From assembly GCA_964615235.1 (NCBI GenBank), contig CAZTMK010000012.1:844-64843 (forward strand): DNA of 64,000 nt, in the 5' to 3' direction. The notes under the pieces were generated by a model. The model had not been told where the DNA came from. It ran no database searches and saw only the letters and a program-made list of their open reading frames with translations. Positions 9,431 to 19,929 of this stretch are shown one piece after another. Within the stretch, counting starts at the first letter, position 1. Every line of letters begins with the position of its first letter. The position numbers and the translations under genes are program-made. This stretch comes from an uncultured Thermoplasmatales archaeon (GTDB lineage Archaea; Thermoplasmatota; E2; DHVEG-1).

Positions 9431-10477
9431 ATGGCTAGGATATTATATGGTGTTTGTGGGGAAGGGATGGGGCATGCTATTAGAAGTTCCATTCTTATAA
9501 AACATCTGAAAAATCATCACGATCTTTACATTGTTGCTGGCAACAAAGCCTATGCATTTTTAAACAATGAATTCGAAAACGTAGTAAAAATTGAGTCCCC
9601 TCGCTTGATGTATGATAGGGGAGAGGTTAATTTGCTAAAAAGTATAGCATATATGGTTTATAAATCAATTTCTAGTTCTCCTATTTCCTATAAAAGAGTT
9701 CGCAAAATAATTAATGAATTTCAACCCGATCTTGTAATTTCTGATGCAGAACCAATCTGTCATCTGGCAGCACGCATAAGCAATATTAAAAGAATGAGTA
9801 TTGACAATCCTCATGTTCTAGTTTACAGAAAATATAAGGTAAAAATAAATGAGATTTTTTCATGGTTTTGTTTATTAGTAGCAGTAAAAATTTCGCTTTA
9901 CGGGGCCAATAAATACATAGTCTATGATTACTTCAGTAAACCTAGTAGCAAACCAAATGTTATATTTTTAAAGCCATTAATCCAGGAGGGAATCGTAAAA
10001 CAAAAACCGTCTTATCAGAATCATATCTTTGTATATCAAACATCAGTTTCTACAGAATATATAACAGATGTATTCCGTGATTTTTCTGAAACTTTTGTAA
10101 TTTATGGCTTTAATAGAGATTATAAAAAAGGCAATATTATTTTTAAAAAATTCAATGAGAACGAGTTTTTTGCAGATATTGCTACAGCAAAAGCAGTAAT
10201 CACAAACGGCGGTTTTACAGCTATTTCTGAGGCATTATTTCTTAAAAAGCCCATATTTTCTTTACCATTAAAATCCCAGTTTGAACAGATTTTAAATGGT
10301 AGATTTATTGAAAAACTTGGTGCAGGCGTGTCTCACATGATGTTGAATAAACAAAATCTGAGTAATTTTTTAAAAAATCTAGAGACATATAAACAAAAAT
10401 TGCAAAAATATGATCCGGGTAGACAAGAGGAGACACTCAATACAATAGACAAGGAAATCAATAAGATTATTTCTTAA
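9431..10477 (+). CDS. GT-B glycosyltransferase (MJ1255-like)
   Basis: ILYGVCGEGMGHAIRS, PDLVISDAEP, ITNGGFTAISEA, QFEQILNG. Confidence 0.9.
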   Translation: MARILYGVCGEGMGHAIRSSILIKHLKNHHDLYIVAGNKAYAFLNNEFENVVKIESPRLMYDRGEVNLLKSIAYMVYKSISSSPISYKRVRKIINEFQPDLVISDAEPICHLAARISNIKRMSIDNPHVLVYRKYKVKINEIFSWFCLLVAVKISLYGANKYIVYDYFSKPSSKPNVIFLKPLIQEGIVKQKPSYQNHIFVYQTSVSTEYITDVFRDFSETFVIYGFNRDYKKGNIIFKKFNENEFFADIATAKAVITNGGFTAISEALFLKKPIFSLPLKSQFEQILNGRFIEKLGAGVSHMMLNKQNLSNFLKNLETYKQKLQKYDPGRQEETLNTIDKEINKIIS

Positions 10478-10497
10478 GCAAGTTTGGCTGTTTAAAA

Positions 10498-11487
10498 CTA
10501 TAAAATGTAATTGCCACTACCAAGATTATACTGTGATTTAAAGATTGGTGACAAATTATCAGTGCTTGATGTAATGATTGATAAGGAACTAGTATCATTT
10601 TTCAAATAATAATTAAACCATGGAACGACATAATGTAAAATCACATCTTTTTGCCATCTTGGGCATGGACATAGTGAATTAAAAGCAGTAGTGAAACCAA
10701 AATGGGTTCCTAATTTAATCATTATCAATTCTTTAGGTGCATTTGCTCTTTTATATGACATTTGAATCATAGGAATACTAAACAATCCATAATCAAAATC
10801 AGTGCCGATAAATTGAATTGGAATAGTAATGTCATCTGCATAAATTGGATTTGCATGTGACATTGCAATGACTGCATCAAAACGATCATCGACAGCAGCT
10901 ATTTCAGACGCCGTTATTCCTCCAAAAGAATGACCAATCAAGCCAATACTTGAAGTATTAATCATAGTTTTTACTGGGCTATCCTCAATTAAATATGTTA
11001 AGGCATCAGATCCAGCCTGAACCCAATCACCAACAAAGTAATGTAGAGGGGAAATTATATATGATCCGAAACGGAAATATAAGTTAAGTAATTGGACGGA
11101 AACTCCCCAAATTGGAACGAATCCTTCTGATTTTCCAAGACCTGGCGGGTCATATATAAATGTGACATATCCTTGTTCTGCCAAGGCTTTGGGTATCCAG
11201 CTATAGGCATTTAGATAGCCAGGAAAACCCTCGCAAAATATGATGCATGGATATTTTTTACTATCATCAGTGGGATGAAATATATTGCCGTATAAAGTGT
11301 AGTTGCTGCTTGTAAAATATATAGATGTATTTTCAATCTCGGTAAGGTTTTCCTCTAGATTTGTTTCTTTTACTGATAATGTTGAAGCCGTTAATGGAGA
11401 ATTAAAAATTTGAGTTAAAAATAAGAAAATTATGAAAAGTGTAAAAATTGTGATTTTGTTTATATGTATAAAAAATTGCTTATTCAT
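10498..11487 (-). CDS. Secreted alpha/beta hydrolase
   Basis: Signal/TM segment, GHSFG nucleophile elbow, downstream Asp (GTDFD) and His (GTHFGF). Confidence 0.85.
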   Translation of the reverse strand: MNKQFFIHINKITIFTLFIIFLFLTQIFNSPLTASTLSVKETNLEENLTEIENTSIYFTSSNYTLYGNIFHPTDDSKKYPCIIFCEGFPGYLNAYSWIPKALAEQGYVTFIYDPPGLGKSEGFVPIWGVSVQLLNLYFRFGSYIISPLHYFVGDWVQAGSDALTYLIEDSPVKTMINTSSIGLIGHSFGGITASEIAAVDDRFDAVIAMSHANPIYADDITIPIQFIGTDFDYGLFSIPMIQMSYKRANAPKELIMIKLGTHFGFTTAFNSLCPCPRWQKDVILHYVVPWFNYYLKNDTSSLSIITSSTDNLSPIFKSQYNLGSGNYIL

Positions 11488-12982
11488 AGTATCTCATCCA
11501 GATATCACAGGGTCTTTTTTGCATCCAAGGTTTTACAATTGTAAATGTACCAATAACAATATTGTTGCTCCCAATCGGATACTCAATCATTGCTCTTGCT
11601 CCTTGAGTAAGCCCGTAACCAAATCCGCTGTCTATCTCGCCCTCTCCAGTTTTTGCAATGGGTTCCCATTTACTTCCGTCGTATCTCCAGACTTCACAAC
11701 CTTTTGTATCCTCGTTCATAAATCTTAGGTGTTGTGTATTAAGTGTACCCACCCATAGATAATCATCCGACGTTACTGTCATTGACCAAATGTATTTATT
11801 ATATCTTGAACCAAACCCGTCCTTTTCGTATGGATTTGTTTGCTGATCCCCAATTATTTGTGTCCAGTTCATACCATCGTATTTCCATAATTCGCAGGCT
11901 TGCACGTTTTCCCCATTGAATTGATATGCATTTGCCGCCACTGCTACATATAATTCATCTTTGTAAACTTCCATACGTCTGATACCGTAATTTTCCTCAT
12001 TACCAAAACCATTTCCATTAGGTATATCTACCTTTTCCCAATTTTCTCCGTCGTAGGTTCTCCATAATTGACAACCACCTTCTGGTAGTTTGAATAACGA
12101 ATTACAGTTGAAAGTACCTGCATACAATTTGTCTTTGTAAACTTTCAAGTCCCAAGCATATGAATTGTGAAAGAACTGTTGATTTTCTGGAAGAAAATCC
12201 CTAAAACCCCTATCAACCACTTTTTCCCAAGTGTTTCCATCTTCTGATCTCCAGATCTGGCACCCTCCCTCGTTTATACAATTCCAGTTCATTGTTCCAA
12301 TATATAAATGATCATTGAAGCTCTCTGCACTCCAAAATGCATTGTTATCGGAATTATTAAAACCACCATTAATTTTGGCATTTCTACCTACTACTTGCTC
12401 CCATGAATTACCATCGTATCTCCACAGTTCCCCACCGATTCCTTTTGGAGTGTTCCAGGTTCCAACGTATAGATCTCCCTTAAATTCGATAATTATTGAA
12501 GCTGCAATGGTTTTTGTATCTCCAAATCCTGCGGGTAAATCTGCATCTGGATTAGGTCCAACAAGCTGTGTACATTTATCATCGCTGTAATTGTATTTCC
12601 AAACTTGGCAACCATCACTTGCCCGAGATCTTAAGTGCATAAATCGAAAAATCATTTTGCATGCAATCAATTCTAACAAACTTCCCTGATTTTTAAACAG
12701 CTTTAAAAATAAAGGAAAGAAACCGGCAAGTATAATATCTTTGTAACTCAACACATTTTTTTGGTTGAAACTCTGCGTACCTAAATATAGTTCATCTTTG
12801 TAAACTGCCATTCCACGAATTGCAACATTTGATCCCTTGCAAAATTCAATTTTTTCGTCTGCACTCATCAATTCTTTCCAATTAGCTTCATTAATGGCTA
12901 GCTCATTTTGACTTGATACAGGGATAATCGATGGAGATAATATTGTCATTATTACGGCAATACCAACGATTTTTCCATGCAT
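11480..12982 (-). CDS. Secreted beta-propeller repeat protein
   Basis: Signal peptide; repeats GCQ[IVL]WR..DG..WE.V...GFG...N..M.VYKD.LY.GT. Confidence 0.8.
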   Translation of the reverse strand: MHGKIVGIAVIMTILSPSIIPVSSQNELAINEANWKELMSADEKIEFCKGSNVAIRGMAVYKDELYLGTQSFNQKNVLSYKDIILAGFFPLFLKLFKNQGSLLELIACKMIFRFMHLRSRASDGCQVWKYNYSDDKCTQLVGPNPDADLPAGFGDTKTIAASIIIEFKGDLYVGTWNTPKGIGGELWRYDGNSWEQVVGRNAKINGGFNNSDNNAFWSAESFNDHLYIGTMNWNCINEGGCQIWRSEDGNTWEKVVDRGFRDFLPENQQFFHNSYAWDLKVYKDKLYAGTFNCNSLFKLPEGGCQLWRTYDGENWEKVDIPNGNGFGNEENYGIRRMEVYKDELYVAVAANAYQFNGENVQACELWKYDGMNWTQIIGDQQTNPYEKDGFGSRYNKYIWSMTVTSDDYLWVGTLNTQHLRFMNEDTKGCEVWRYDGSKWEPIAKTGEGEIDSGFGYGLTQGARAMIEYPIGSNNIVIGTFTIVKPWMQKRPCDIWMRYYE

Positions 12983-13321
12983 CTTTCACATACCCCAATT
13001 TTTCTTTTATTTAATGAAGTTTGTATTTATATAGCATTATTATTGTAACAATATTATATTACATCATTTAAATATGTTTTTATGCGAGATTTTTTTCGGT
13101 TGATTTATTTAGTGTTTTTCGGTTATATGTCAACCTTCTATTTATTTAAATTATTTTAATATAAATAAAAAAGTAATCATCAAAAAATAGGTCAAACTAC
13201 TATATATGTTAAAGAAATTATGTTAATTGCACAATAATAGCAAATTTCTGTTATCATTCTGATTCCAATTCTTTGTGGTTCAAATAAAGAGAAAAAATTA
13301 ATGGGAAAATTTTGATAACAT

Positions 13322-14449
13322 TTATTCTAGAACATGGATGTTTTTCTTTTTTGAAATTTCCTTAAGTTCCCTAGGCCATACTGTTACACTAACTTCTCCT
13401 AAATGAGCTTTCTTTAAAAGAAGCATATAGGTTCTTGATTGACCTATGCCGCCCCCGATGCTTAATGGAATTTCATTGTTCAGAATTGCCTTATGATAAG
13501 GTAGATTTAAAAAATCTAATTGATTACTTAATTCCAGTTGCTCTCTCAGAGTTTTTGGAGTCACTCTTACCCCCATGGATGTTAATTCATGTCTTCGTTT
13601 AGTCACTGAATTCCAAACAAGAATATCTCCATTTAAACCATGCATAGGGGTTCCATTTCTAGATATTGTTTCGGTTATCCAATCATCATAATCAGCCGCC
13701 CTCATCTCATGAGGATATCCATCACTCAGGGGCCAACCTATGCCTATTATAAATACTGCAGGATGCTCTTGCAGAATTTCCGTTTCCCTCTTTTTTCGAG
13801 GTAGGTCTGGATATTGATCTAATAGTTCTTCAGCATGAATAAACTTGAGTTTATTCGGTAAATTTGGATACTTGTCTGTTATTAATTTTGGATATTTATC
13901 AAGTAAATAGTTTTCAGCACCCTTCAAAACTTTCCATATTTTTGTTACGGTATCCTTTAAATAATCTAAATTTCTTTGATCTTTTGTTATCACTTTCTCC
14001 CAATCCCATTGATCAACATATGAACTATGATCGTGATCGAGAAAATAGTCTTTGCGAACTGCCCTCATGTCAGTACAAATACCCTCTCCAAGATCGATGT
14101 CAAATTGTTTTAATGCAACTCTCTTCCATTTTGTAACAGCTTGCACAATCTGAGCGCGAATTGGATTTTTTAATCCCAAACCACAATTAAATTCGATAGG
14201 TGTTCTTGAACCATCACGATCCAAGTAATCATTTACTCCACTTTCCACATCAACGATAAGAGGACAAGTTACCATCATTAAATTCAATTCTTTACAAAGA
14301 TTTTCTTCAATGTAGCTTTTAACATCGAAAAGTGCTTTCTGTGTTTCCTTTTTATCTAAAAGAGATGAATAATTAGATGGTAGTGCCTTTTCTACATCTG
14401 AATAATTACCAATTCCTGGTCCCGCTAGATCTGCCTTTTTTAAATCCAT
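13322..14449 (-). CDS. asnA: Aspartate-ammonia ligase (asparagine synthetase A)
   Basis: HSSYVDQWDWE, RAADYDDW, LNGDIL, ELTSMGVRV, SIGGGIGQSR; ATG 14449 has a GGAG SD. Confidence 0.93.
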   Translation of the reverse strand: MDLKKADLAGPGIGNYSDVEKALPSNYSSLLDKKETQKALFDVKSYIEENLCKELNLMMVTCPLIVDVESGVNDYLDRDGSRTPIEFNCGLGLKNPIRAQIVQAVTKWKRVALKQFDIDLGEGICTDMRAVRKDYFLDHDHSSYVDQWDWEKVITKDQRNLDYLKDTVTKIWKVLKGAENYLLDKYPKLITDKYPNLPNKLKFIHAEELLDQYPDLPRKKRETEILQEHPAVFIIGIGWPLSDGYPHEMRAADYDDWITETISRNGTPMHGLNGDILVWNSVTKRRHELTSMGVRVTPKTLREQLELSNQLDFLNLPYHKAILNNEIPLSIGGGIGQSRTYMLLLKKAHLGEVSVTVWPRELKEISKKKNIHVLE

Positions 14450-14683
14450 GATTGTCGATTCTCCTAGGGGGTACAATCTAAAACGATTTTTAAATTTTTG
14501 CAATAATTGTATCCTGTAGAATTTTTATTATATTAATGAATAAAAAATTTTAAATAAACTTAAATGTAAGTCTATCATTACGAATCAATATTTTAAATAA
14601 TTAAAATGAAAAGAAAATTTGTAGAGGAAACTTTTAAATTACCGTACAATTATTTATTACTAAAATAAATATTAATTTGTACA

Positions 14684-16636
14684 GTGATTTGTATGAAAAA
14701 AATTGTGATGAAATATATGGCAAGTATTGTTACTACAATATTTATAATCTCAGGATTTCTGCCAGCCGTAGGTTCTGTTATTAATGAAAATGATTATTCG
14801 TATGATTCAAATATAAAATATATTGAAAAGTCATTTACTTTTTCATTTCCTGAAATTGTCCCTTATAAAGATAATTATATAATAAGAATAGCAGAGACAG
14901 ATCTAAATAGGATTGACCCAGGTAATCCAGTTTTACCAGTCAATTTATCTGTATTTGAGCTAGAGTTCGGTAGTGAAATTATTGATGTATTTTACATACA
15001 TTCCTCTCCCTGGATTTTTACACTTCCATCAAATCTTACTTTTGGATTAAACCCTGGAGTAGATAACAACATTATTCCAATTTATAAACCACAAATTACA
15101 ACAAATGATTTAGAAGAAAGCGACTTTTATCCTGATAATTGGATTTCATATAAAACTGGTGGCAGTCTTGTGGACAACTTGCATAAAACTATCTTATCAT
15201 TTCGAGTTTATCCGGTAAGATATCAAGAGGCCACTCGTCAACTTCAATTTATCCAACAAATAGCTGTAAACATAAGTTACAGGGAACCAGTAAATTCATT
15301 ATTGCCTAATTATAGCACATATGATTTACTGATAATTGCCCCCAATGAATTTATAAAACATCTTGAACCCCTTAGAGACCATAAGAACAGTTATGATGTA
15401 AATACCAAGCTAGTATCATTAAATGAAGTTTATGAAAAAATGTACTGGCAAGGTCGAGATAATGCTGAGAAAATTAAATATTTCATAAAATCATCTATCG
15501 AGAACTGGGGGGTCAAGTATGTTCTTTTGGTCGGTGGGATAAAAGGACAGTCAACCGAATGGAATCTTCCCGCCAGATACAGTCACGTTGTTCCGCCAGA
15601 AGAACAGGAATATCCCGAAGCTTCATTCATATCTGACCTATATTATGCAGACATTTATGATGGAGCCGGAAAATTTTCCAGTTGGGATTCAAATGGTGAT
15701 GATTTCTTTGCGGAATGGAGTGCAACGTTTAAGGATAATATGGATGTATACCCAGATGTGTATCTTGGTAGACTTCCGTGTAGAAATACCGCCGAAGTAA
15801 AAATCATGGTTGATAAAATTATAAATTACGAAAACTCTCCTTCTAGAAATAAACAGTGGTTTAAAAATCTTCTACTTGTTGGAGGCGATTCATATGTTGA
15901 GCAAGCCCAAATTAATGAAGGAGAACTTATTTGTGATGAGGCAGCCCTTAAAATGCCAGGTTTTACTCCTGTTGAAGTATACGCCACTCAAAACGATATA
16001 AATGGTCAAACAGTAAATAATGCCTTGAATCAAGGTTCAGGATTTGCATATTTCTGTGGTCATGGAAGTGACGTATCTTGGAATACTCATTTCTTTCCGG
16101 CAAACGATACAAACTGGTGTTCTGGTTATACTATTATTGACATGATTTTCCTTAAAAATAAATACAAACTGCCAGTAACTATCGTTGGTGGATGTCACAA
16201 TGGTCAATTTGATATCTCTATTATGAAAAGTATTAAAAAAGGCCTAGATAAAAAAGGTTTAAAGTACTTCTTGCCAAGTAGCAGATTTTGGTATGATGGA
16301 TGGGCACCGAACTGCTGGGCTTGGTGGTTAACAAGTAAAATTGGCGGTGGAGCAATTGCAACAATTGCAAATACAGGACTCGGAACACATGGTGATGGCG
16401 ATATTGATAACAACTCTATTGCTGATTATCTGGAAGTCCTCGATGGATGGTTGGAATTGAGATTTCTGGAATTTTATGGTAAGGAAAATAAAGATATACT
16501 GGGAGAAAATCATGGTCAAACTATAACTGAATATCTTAACAGGTTTATCGGTAATGAAGCAAAGATGGACGTAAAAATGGTTCAACAATGGGAGCTTCTT
16601 GGGGATCCTTCATTAAAAATAGGAGGTTATGAATAA
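14684..16636 (+). CDS. Secreted C25 (gingipain-like) cysteine peptidase with propeptide
   Basis: Signal peptide, YVLLVGG, SDLYYADIYD, PDVYLGRLP, catalytic FCGHGS and GGCHNG, LLGDPSLKIGGY. Confidence 0.92.
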   Translation: MICMKKIVMKYMASIVTTIFIISGFLPAVGSVINENDYSYDSNIKYIEKSFTFSFPEIVPYKDNYIIRIAETDLNRIDPGNPVLPVNLSVFELEFGSEIIDVFYIHSSPWIFTLPSNLTFGLNPGVDNNIIPIYKPQITTNDLEESDFYPDNWISYKTGGSLVDNLHKTILSFRVYPVRYQEATRQLQFIQQIAVNISYREPVNSLLPNYSTYDLLIIAPNEFIKHLEPLRDHKNSYDVNTKLVSLNEVYEKMYWQGRDNAEKIKYFIKSSIENWGVKYVLLVGGIKGQSTEWNLPARYSHVVPPEEQEYPEASFISDLYYADIYDGAGKFSSWDSNGDDFFAEWSATFKDNMDVYPDVYLGRLPCRNTAEVKIMVDKIINYENSPSRNKQWFKNLLLVGGDSYVEQAQINEGELICDEAALKMPGFTPVEVYATQNDINGQTVNNALNQGSGFAYFCGHGSDVSWNTHFFPANDTNWCSGYTIIDMIFLKNKYKLPVTIVGGCHNGQFDISIMKSIKKGLDKKGLKYFLPSSRFWYDGWAPNCWAWWLTSKIGGGAIATIANTGLGTHGDGDIDNNSIADYLEVLDGWLELRFLEFYGKENKDILGENHGQTITEYLNRFIGNEAKMDVKMVQQWELLGDPSLKIGGYE

Positions 16637-16679
16637 AATAAAAAAAATAAAATAAAGAAAGAAGATAATTAATTCTTAT

Positions 16680-16865
16680 CTACTTCTTTTTTAGATATGG
16701 AAGGCCGGTTCTTTTGTTTACACCAACTGTGTAATGGTCTGGTTTATCACAAGGGGTGCCACTTTTTGGAGATTTTTTACTAAAGAAATAAATCGTCTGA
16801 TTCCTTCCACCCTTAAGCTTTACATTTCTTGTGTATAGTGTCCATCCTTCATACGTATATGCCAT
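16680..16865 (-). CDS. Small basic protein (61 aa), possible nucleic-acid binder
   Basis: Strong AGGAGGT SD; VKLKGGRNQTIYFF...TGLPYLKKK. Confidence 0.8.
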   Translation of the reverse strand: MAYTYEGWTLYTRNVKLKGGRNQTIYFFSKKSPKSGTPCDKPDHYTVGVNKRTGLPYLKKK

Positions 16866-16974
16866 ATATCTTACCTCCTAGAAGGAAAACAGGTTGCATC
16901 ATTTAAACCTTTCCTTCATATGCCTCCGATAAAGGCATTGTTCTTATTAATTTTTCCCAAAAAAACTTAAAAAA

Positions 16975-18255
16975 TTAATTTAGAAATTTTTTTACAAGCT
17001 CTATTGCACAAAGATTACCACACATTGAACAAGCTTTTTCATCCTCAAGGGGCAATCTTTTTTGTCTGTATTCCTTAGCTTTTTTATTATCTATACAAAG
17101 TTTGAACATTTTTTCCCAGTCAAGATCTTCTCTTGCTTTGCTGAAAGACGCGTCAATATCTCTATCTATTCCTCTTGCCAAATCAGCGGCATGTGCAGCA
17201 ATTCGAGTGGCTATTACGCCATCCCTAACATCATTAGCATCTGGAAGAGATAAATGCTCAGCTGGGGTAAGATAACATAGAAAGTCAGCACCAACATAGC
17301 CAGCCAAAGCACCGCCAATCCCACCCACAAAATGATCGTATCCAGGAGCAATATCGGTTACAAGGGGCCCTAATACAAAATAGGGCGCTTCTTTAGTAAT
17401 ATTTTTCATAATTTGAATGTTTGATGTTATGTCGTTTAAAGGCATATGGCCAGGTCCTTCAACCATTGTTTGAACTCCATATTCTCGGGCTCTTTCTACG
17501 AGTTCTCCTATCACTAAAAGTTCTTGAATTTTTGCTCTGTCATTTGAATCAAAAATTGCTCCTGAGCGCATTCCGTCACCTAGACTTAAAGTTACATCAT
17601 ATTTTTTTGCCAGATCCAATAAATAATCAAAATTTTTGTAGAGAGGATTTTCCATTTCATTATGAATTATCCATGCCATATGGAAGGAGCCACCTCTTGA
17701 AACCATCGGAATAAGACGTTTTTGTCTACGAAGTCTTTCAACACTTTGCTTTGTTACACCGACATGAGTTACAGCAAAATCTACACCTTGTTTAGCCTGT
17801 TTTTCAAAAGTATTGAACATGTCGTCTTCTGTCATATCTATAATTGCGCCATGTTTTTTTATTGCTTCAATGCCAGTCTGATATATTGGAACGGTTCCAA
17901 AAGGAACTTTAACTACTTTTAGCAAGGATAAACGGATTGAATCGAGATTTCCTCCAGTAGATAAGTCCATTACAGCATGGGTTCCAGCATCAATTGAGAT
18001 TTTAGCCTTTTCAATTTCCTCCTCGGGTTTACAATGTTCGCGAGAAGTTCCTATATTTGCATTAACTTTTACCCGCAGTCCCTTGCCTATTCCTACTGGT
18101 ATAGGAGAATGATTTGGGTTATAAGGTATTACGATTTTTCCTGAGGCAACTCTTTTTCTGATGACAGCATTAGCCAAATGCTCATTTTTAGAAATTTCTT
18201 TCATCTGGGCAGTAATTTTTCCTTGTTTAGCATCCGATATTTGAGTCATATCCAA
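16975..18255 (-). CDS. thiC: Phosphomethylpyrimidine synthase ThiC
   Basis: KVNANIGTS, VMDLSTGG, SRGGS, LSLGDGMR, EGPGH, CSMCGNLC. Confidence 0.95.
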   Translation of the reverse strand: MDMTQISDAKQGKITAQMKEISKNEHLANAVIRKRVASGKIVIPYNPNHSPIPVGIGKGLRVKVNANIGTSREHCKPEEEIEKAKISIDAGTHAVMDLSTGGNLDSIRLSLLKVVKVPFGTVPIYQTGIEAIKKHGAIIDMTEDDMFNTFEKQAKQGVDFAVTHVGVTKQSVERLRRQKRLIPMVSRGGSFHMAWIIHNEMENPLYKNFDYLLDLAKKYDVTLSLGDGMRSGAIFDSNDRAKIQELLVIGELVERAREYGVQTMVEGPGHMPLNDITSNIQIMKNITKEAPYFVLGPLVTDIAPGYDHFVGGIGGALAGYVGADFLCYLTPAEHLSLPDANDVRDGVIATRIAAHAADLARGIDRDIDASFSKAREDLDWEKMFKLCIDNKKAKEYRQKRLPLEDEKACSMCGNLCAIELVKKFLN

Positions 18256-18390
18256 TCATCATAAATATATACTAAGATATTAACAATACTAAAGGAGTAT
18301 TTTAAACTCTCTGATGTTTAGATAGCAGCTGTATCAATATAGATAATTTTATAACAGAAACTGCTATACGGCGTCAAATTAGGTGAAATT

Positions 18391-18630
18391 ATGATCAATG
18401 CTTACATCCTTATCATGATGCAACCAGGTAAAACTGACAAAGCAATAAAAGAAATGGAAAAAATTGATAAGGTAGCAAAAATCTCAATTATTGCAGGTGA
18501 ATATGATATTGTAGTTAGAGCTCAAGTTGATTCTCTTGAAGAACTACTTGATGTAACTGATAAAATTCAACTTGTGGACGGAGTGAGTAAAACAACAACA
18601 CAGGTTATAGAAAAGGAGATCACTCTCTGA
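18391..18630 (+). CDS. Stand-alone Lrp/AsnC ligand-binding (RAM) domain protein
   Basis: AYILI...PGK...IAGEYDIVV...GVSKTTT; no HTH. Confidence 0.9.
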   Translation: MINAYILIMMQPGKTDKAIKEMEKIDKVAKISIIAGEYDIVVRAQVDSLEELLDVTDKIQLVDGVSKTTTQVIEKEITL

Positions 18631-18634
18631 GATT

Positions 18635-19876
18635 ATGAAAATTCGTCAAAAATATCTTTTATATGCACTAGCGGTGTCTTCGTCATTTATAGCCGCTTTT
18701 GTTACTTCTATTGACAGTATAATAAGTGCTAATTTTATTAAAGACCCCTATGAATTTACCTTTACACTTTTTCTTGTTGGAGTTATTGTTACATTTGTTC
18801 TTTCGCTAGTTTTTTCTATCCCATTTAAAAAAAAAAGTCTTGGAAATTGCTTTATTGACCCTTCGTTTGTTAAACTCCGATTAATACAACCTTCCGAATT
18901 CAAGTATCACATTTTAGCAGGATTATTCAATGCAGTAAATACAATTGGTTATTGTATATTGATTTCCTTGATTCTAGAACCTTCTCTTATTTTGTCGTTT
19001 TCACAGATTGTAATAATATATTTGTTATTAATTGAATCTATCTCTGAAAAAAATATTCCAACGCTTGTTGAAGTACAATCATCAGTCATTGTTACCTTTG
19101 GAGCGATTCTTGCATCAATAAGTCTTAAAGGCGATATTAATGTTGATGCACTTCTTATTGTATTTTTGATAATAAATCCAACATGGGCTTTATTTTCAAT
19201 TTATCAGAGAAAATTAAAGCTTTTAAAAATTAAAGATAGACGTAATGATGCTATCAACATTAGGTTTTGGAATGTTTTCTTTTCGCTTGTGTTTACAACA
19301 ATAATTTTGTTGTTATTTGATTTTTTCACTGGCTCAAATTACATAAATGGAGGAATAGAAGCATCGATTCAACATTTTCCATGGGTTGCCTTTGGTATGG
19401 GGATGACCTTTTTTGCTTATGTTCTTTATATTCGTTCACTTGGTCTTGGTAAAGCAAGTGTGAATAATGCCATCAGATCAACAACGATTGTTTTTGGCAT
19501 TCCTTTTTCTTTGCTTATTGCAACGTATTTCAATATCCCCCTTTTTTCAACAGATCCTGTAATGCTCATAATAAAAACAATTGGAATAGTATTAATCGTC
19601 CTGGGAATAATTTCTTTTGCCCTAACCCTTGTTAAAGCATACATATTTATTACAATTCGACCAGGTTTTTCGATAAAGAAAACAATGGACGATATTTGGA
19701 ATATTCGCGGAGTTAGTAGAGTTACAGCCACAACAGGCCCTTATGATTTTATTGTAAAAATTCATACACGCACGTTAGTCAAAGGTTATGAAAGAATTAT
19801 CCGAAAAATCGAGGGAATTGAAGCAGTCAAAGATTATAAATGGGCATCTGTTCTAAAAGAATGGGAAAATATCTAA
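18635..19876 (+). CDS. DMT/EamA-like 10-TM transporter fused to C-terminal Lrp/AsnC RAM domain
   Basis: About 10 TM in two repeats; C-terminus KAYIFITIRPG...TTGPYDFIVKI...IEGIEAV. Confidence 0.8.
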   Translation: MKIRQKYLLYALAVSSSFIAAFVTSIDSIISANFIKDPYEFTFTLFLVGVIVTFVLSLVFSIPFKKKSLGNCFIDPSFVKLRLIQPSEFKYHILAGLFNAVNTIGYCILISLILEPSLILSFSQIVIIYLLLIESISEKNIPTLVEVQSSVIVTFGAILASISLKGDINVDALLIVFLIINPTWALFSIYQRKLKLLKIKDRRNDAINIRFWNVFFSLVFTTIILLLFDFFTGSNYINGGIEASIQHFPWVAFGMGMTFFAYVLYIRSLGLGKASVNNAIRSTTIVFGIPFSLLIATYFNIPLFSTDPVMLIIKTIGIVLIVLGIISFALTLVKAYIFITIRPGFSIKKTMDDIWNIRGVSRVTATTGPYDFIVKIHTRTLVKGYERIIRKIEGIEAVKDYKWASVLKEWENI

Positions 19877-19929
19877 GATTCTGAAAAAATTTTATCAGTA
19901 TAAATATTAATTCCCTTAAATGTGATAAT

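Noticed and set aside
18256..18390. TPP riboswitch upstream of thiC
   Set aside because: Short AT-rich divergent promoter region with no GCTGAGA or other TPP consensus on either strand
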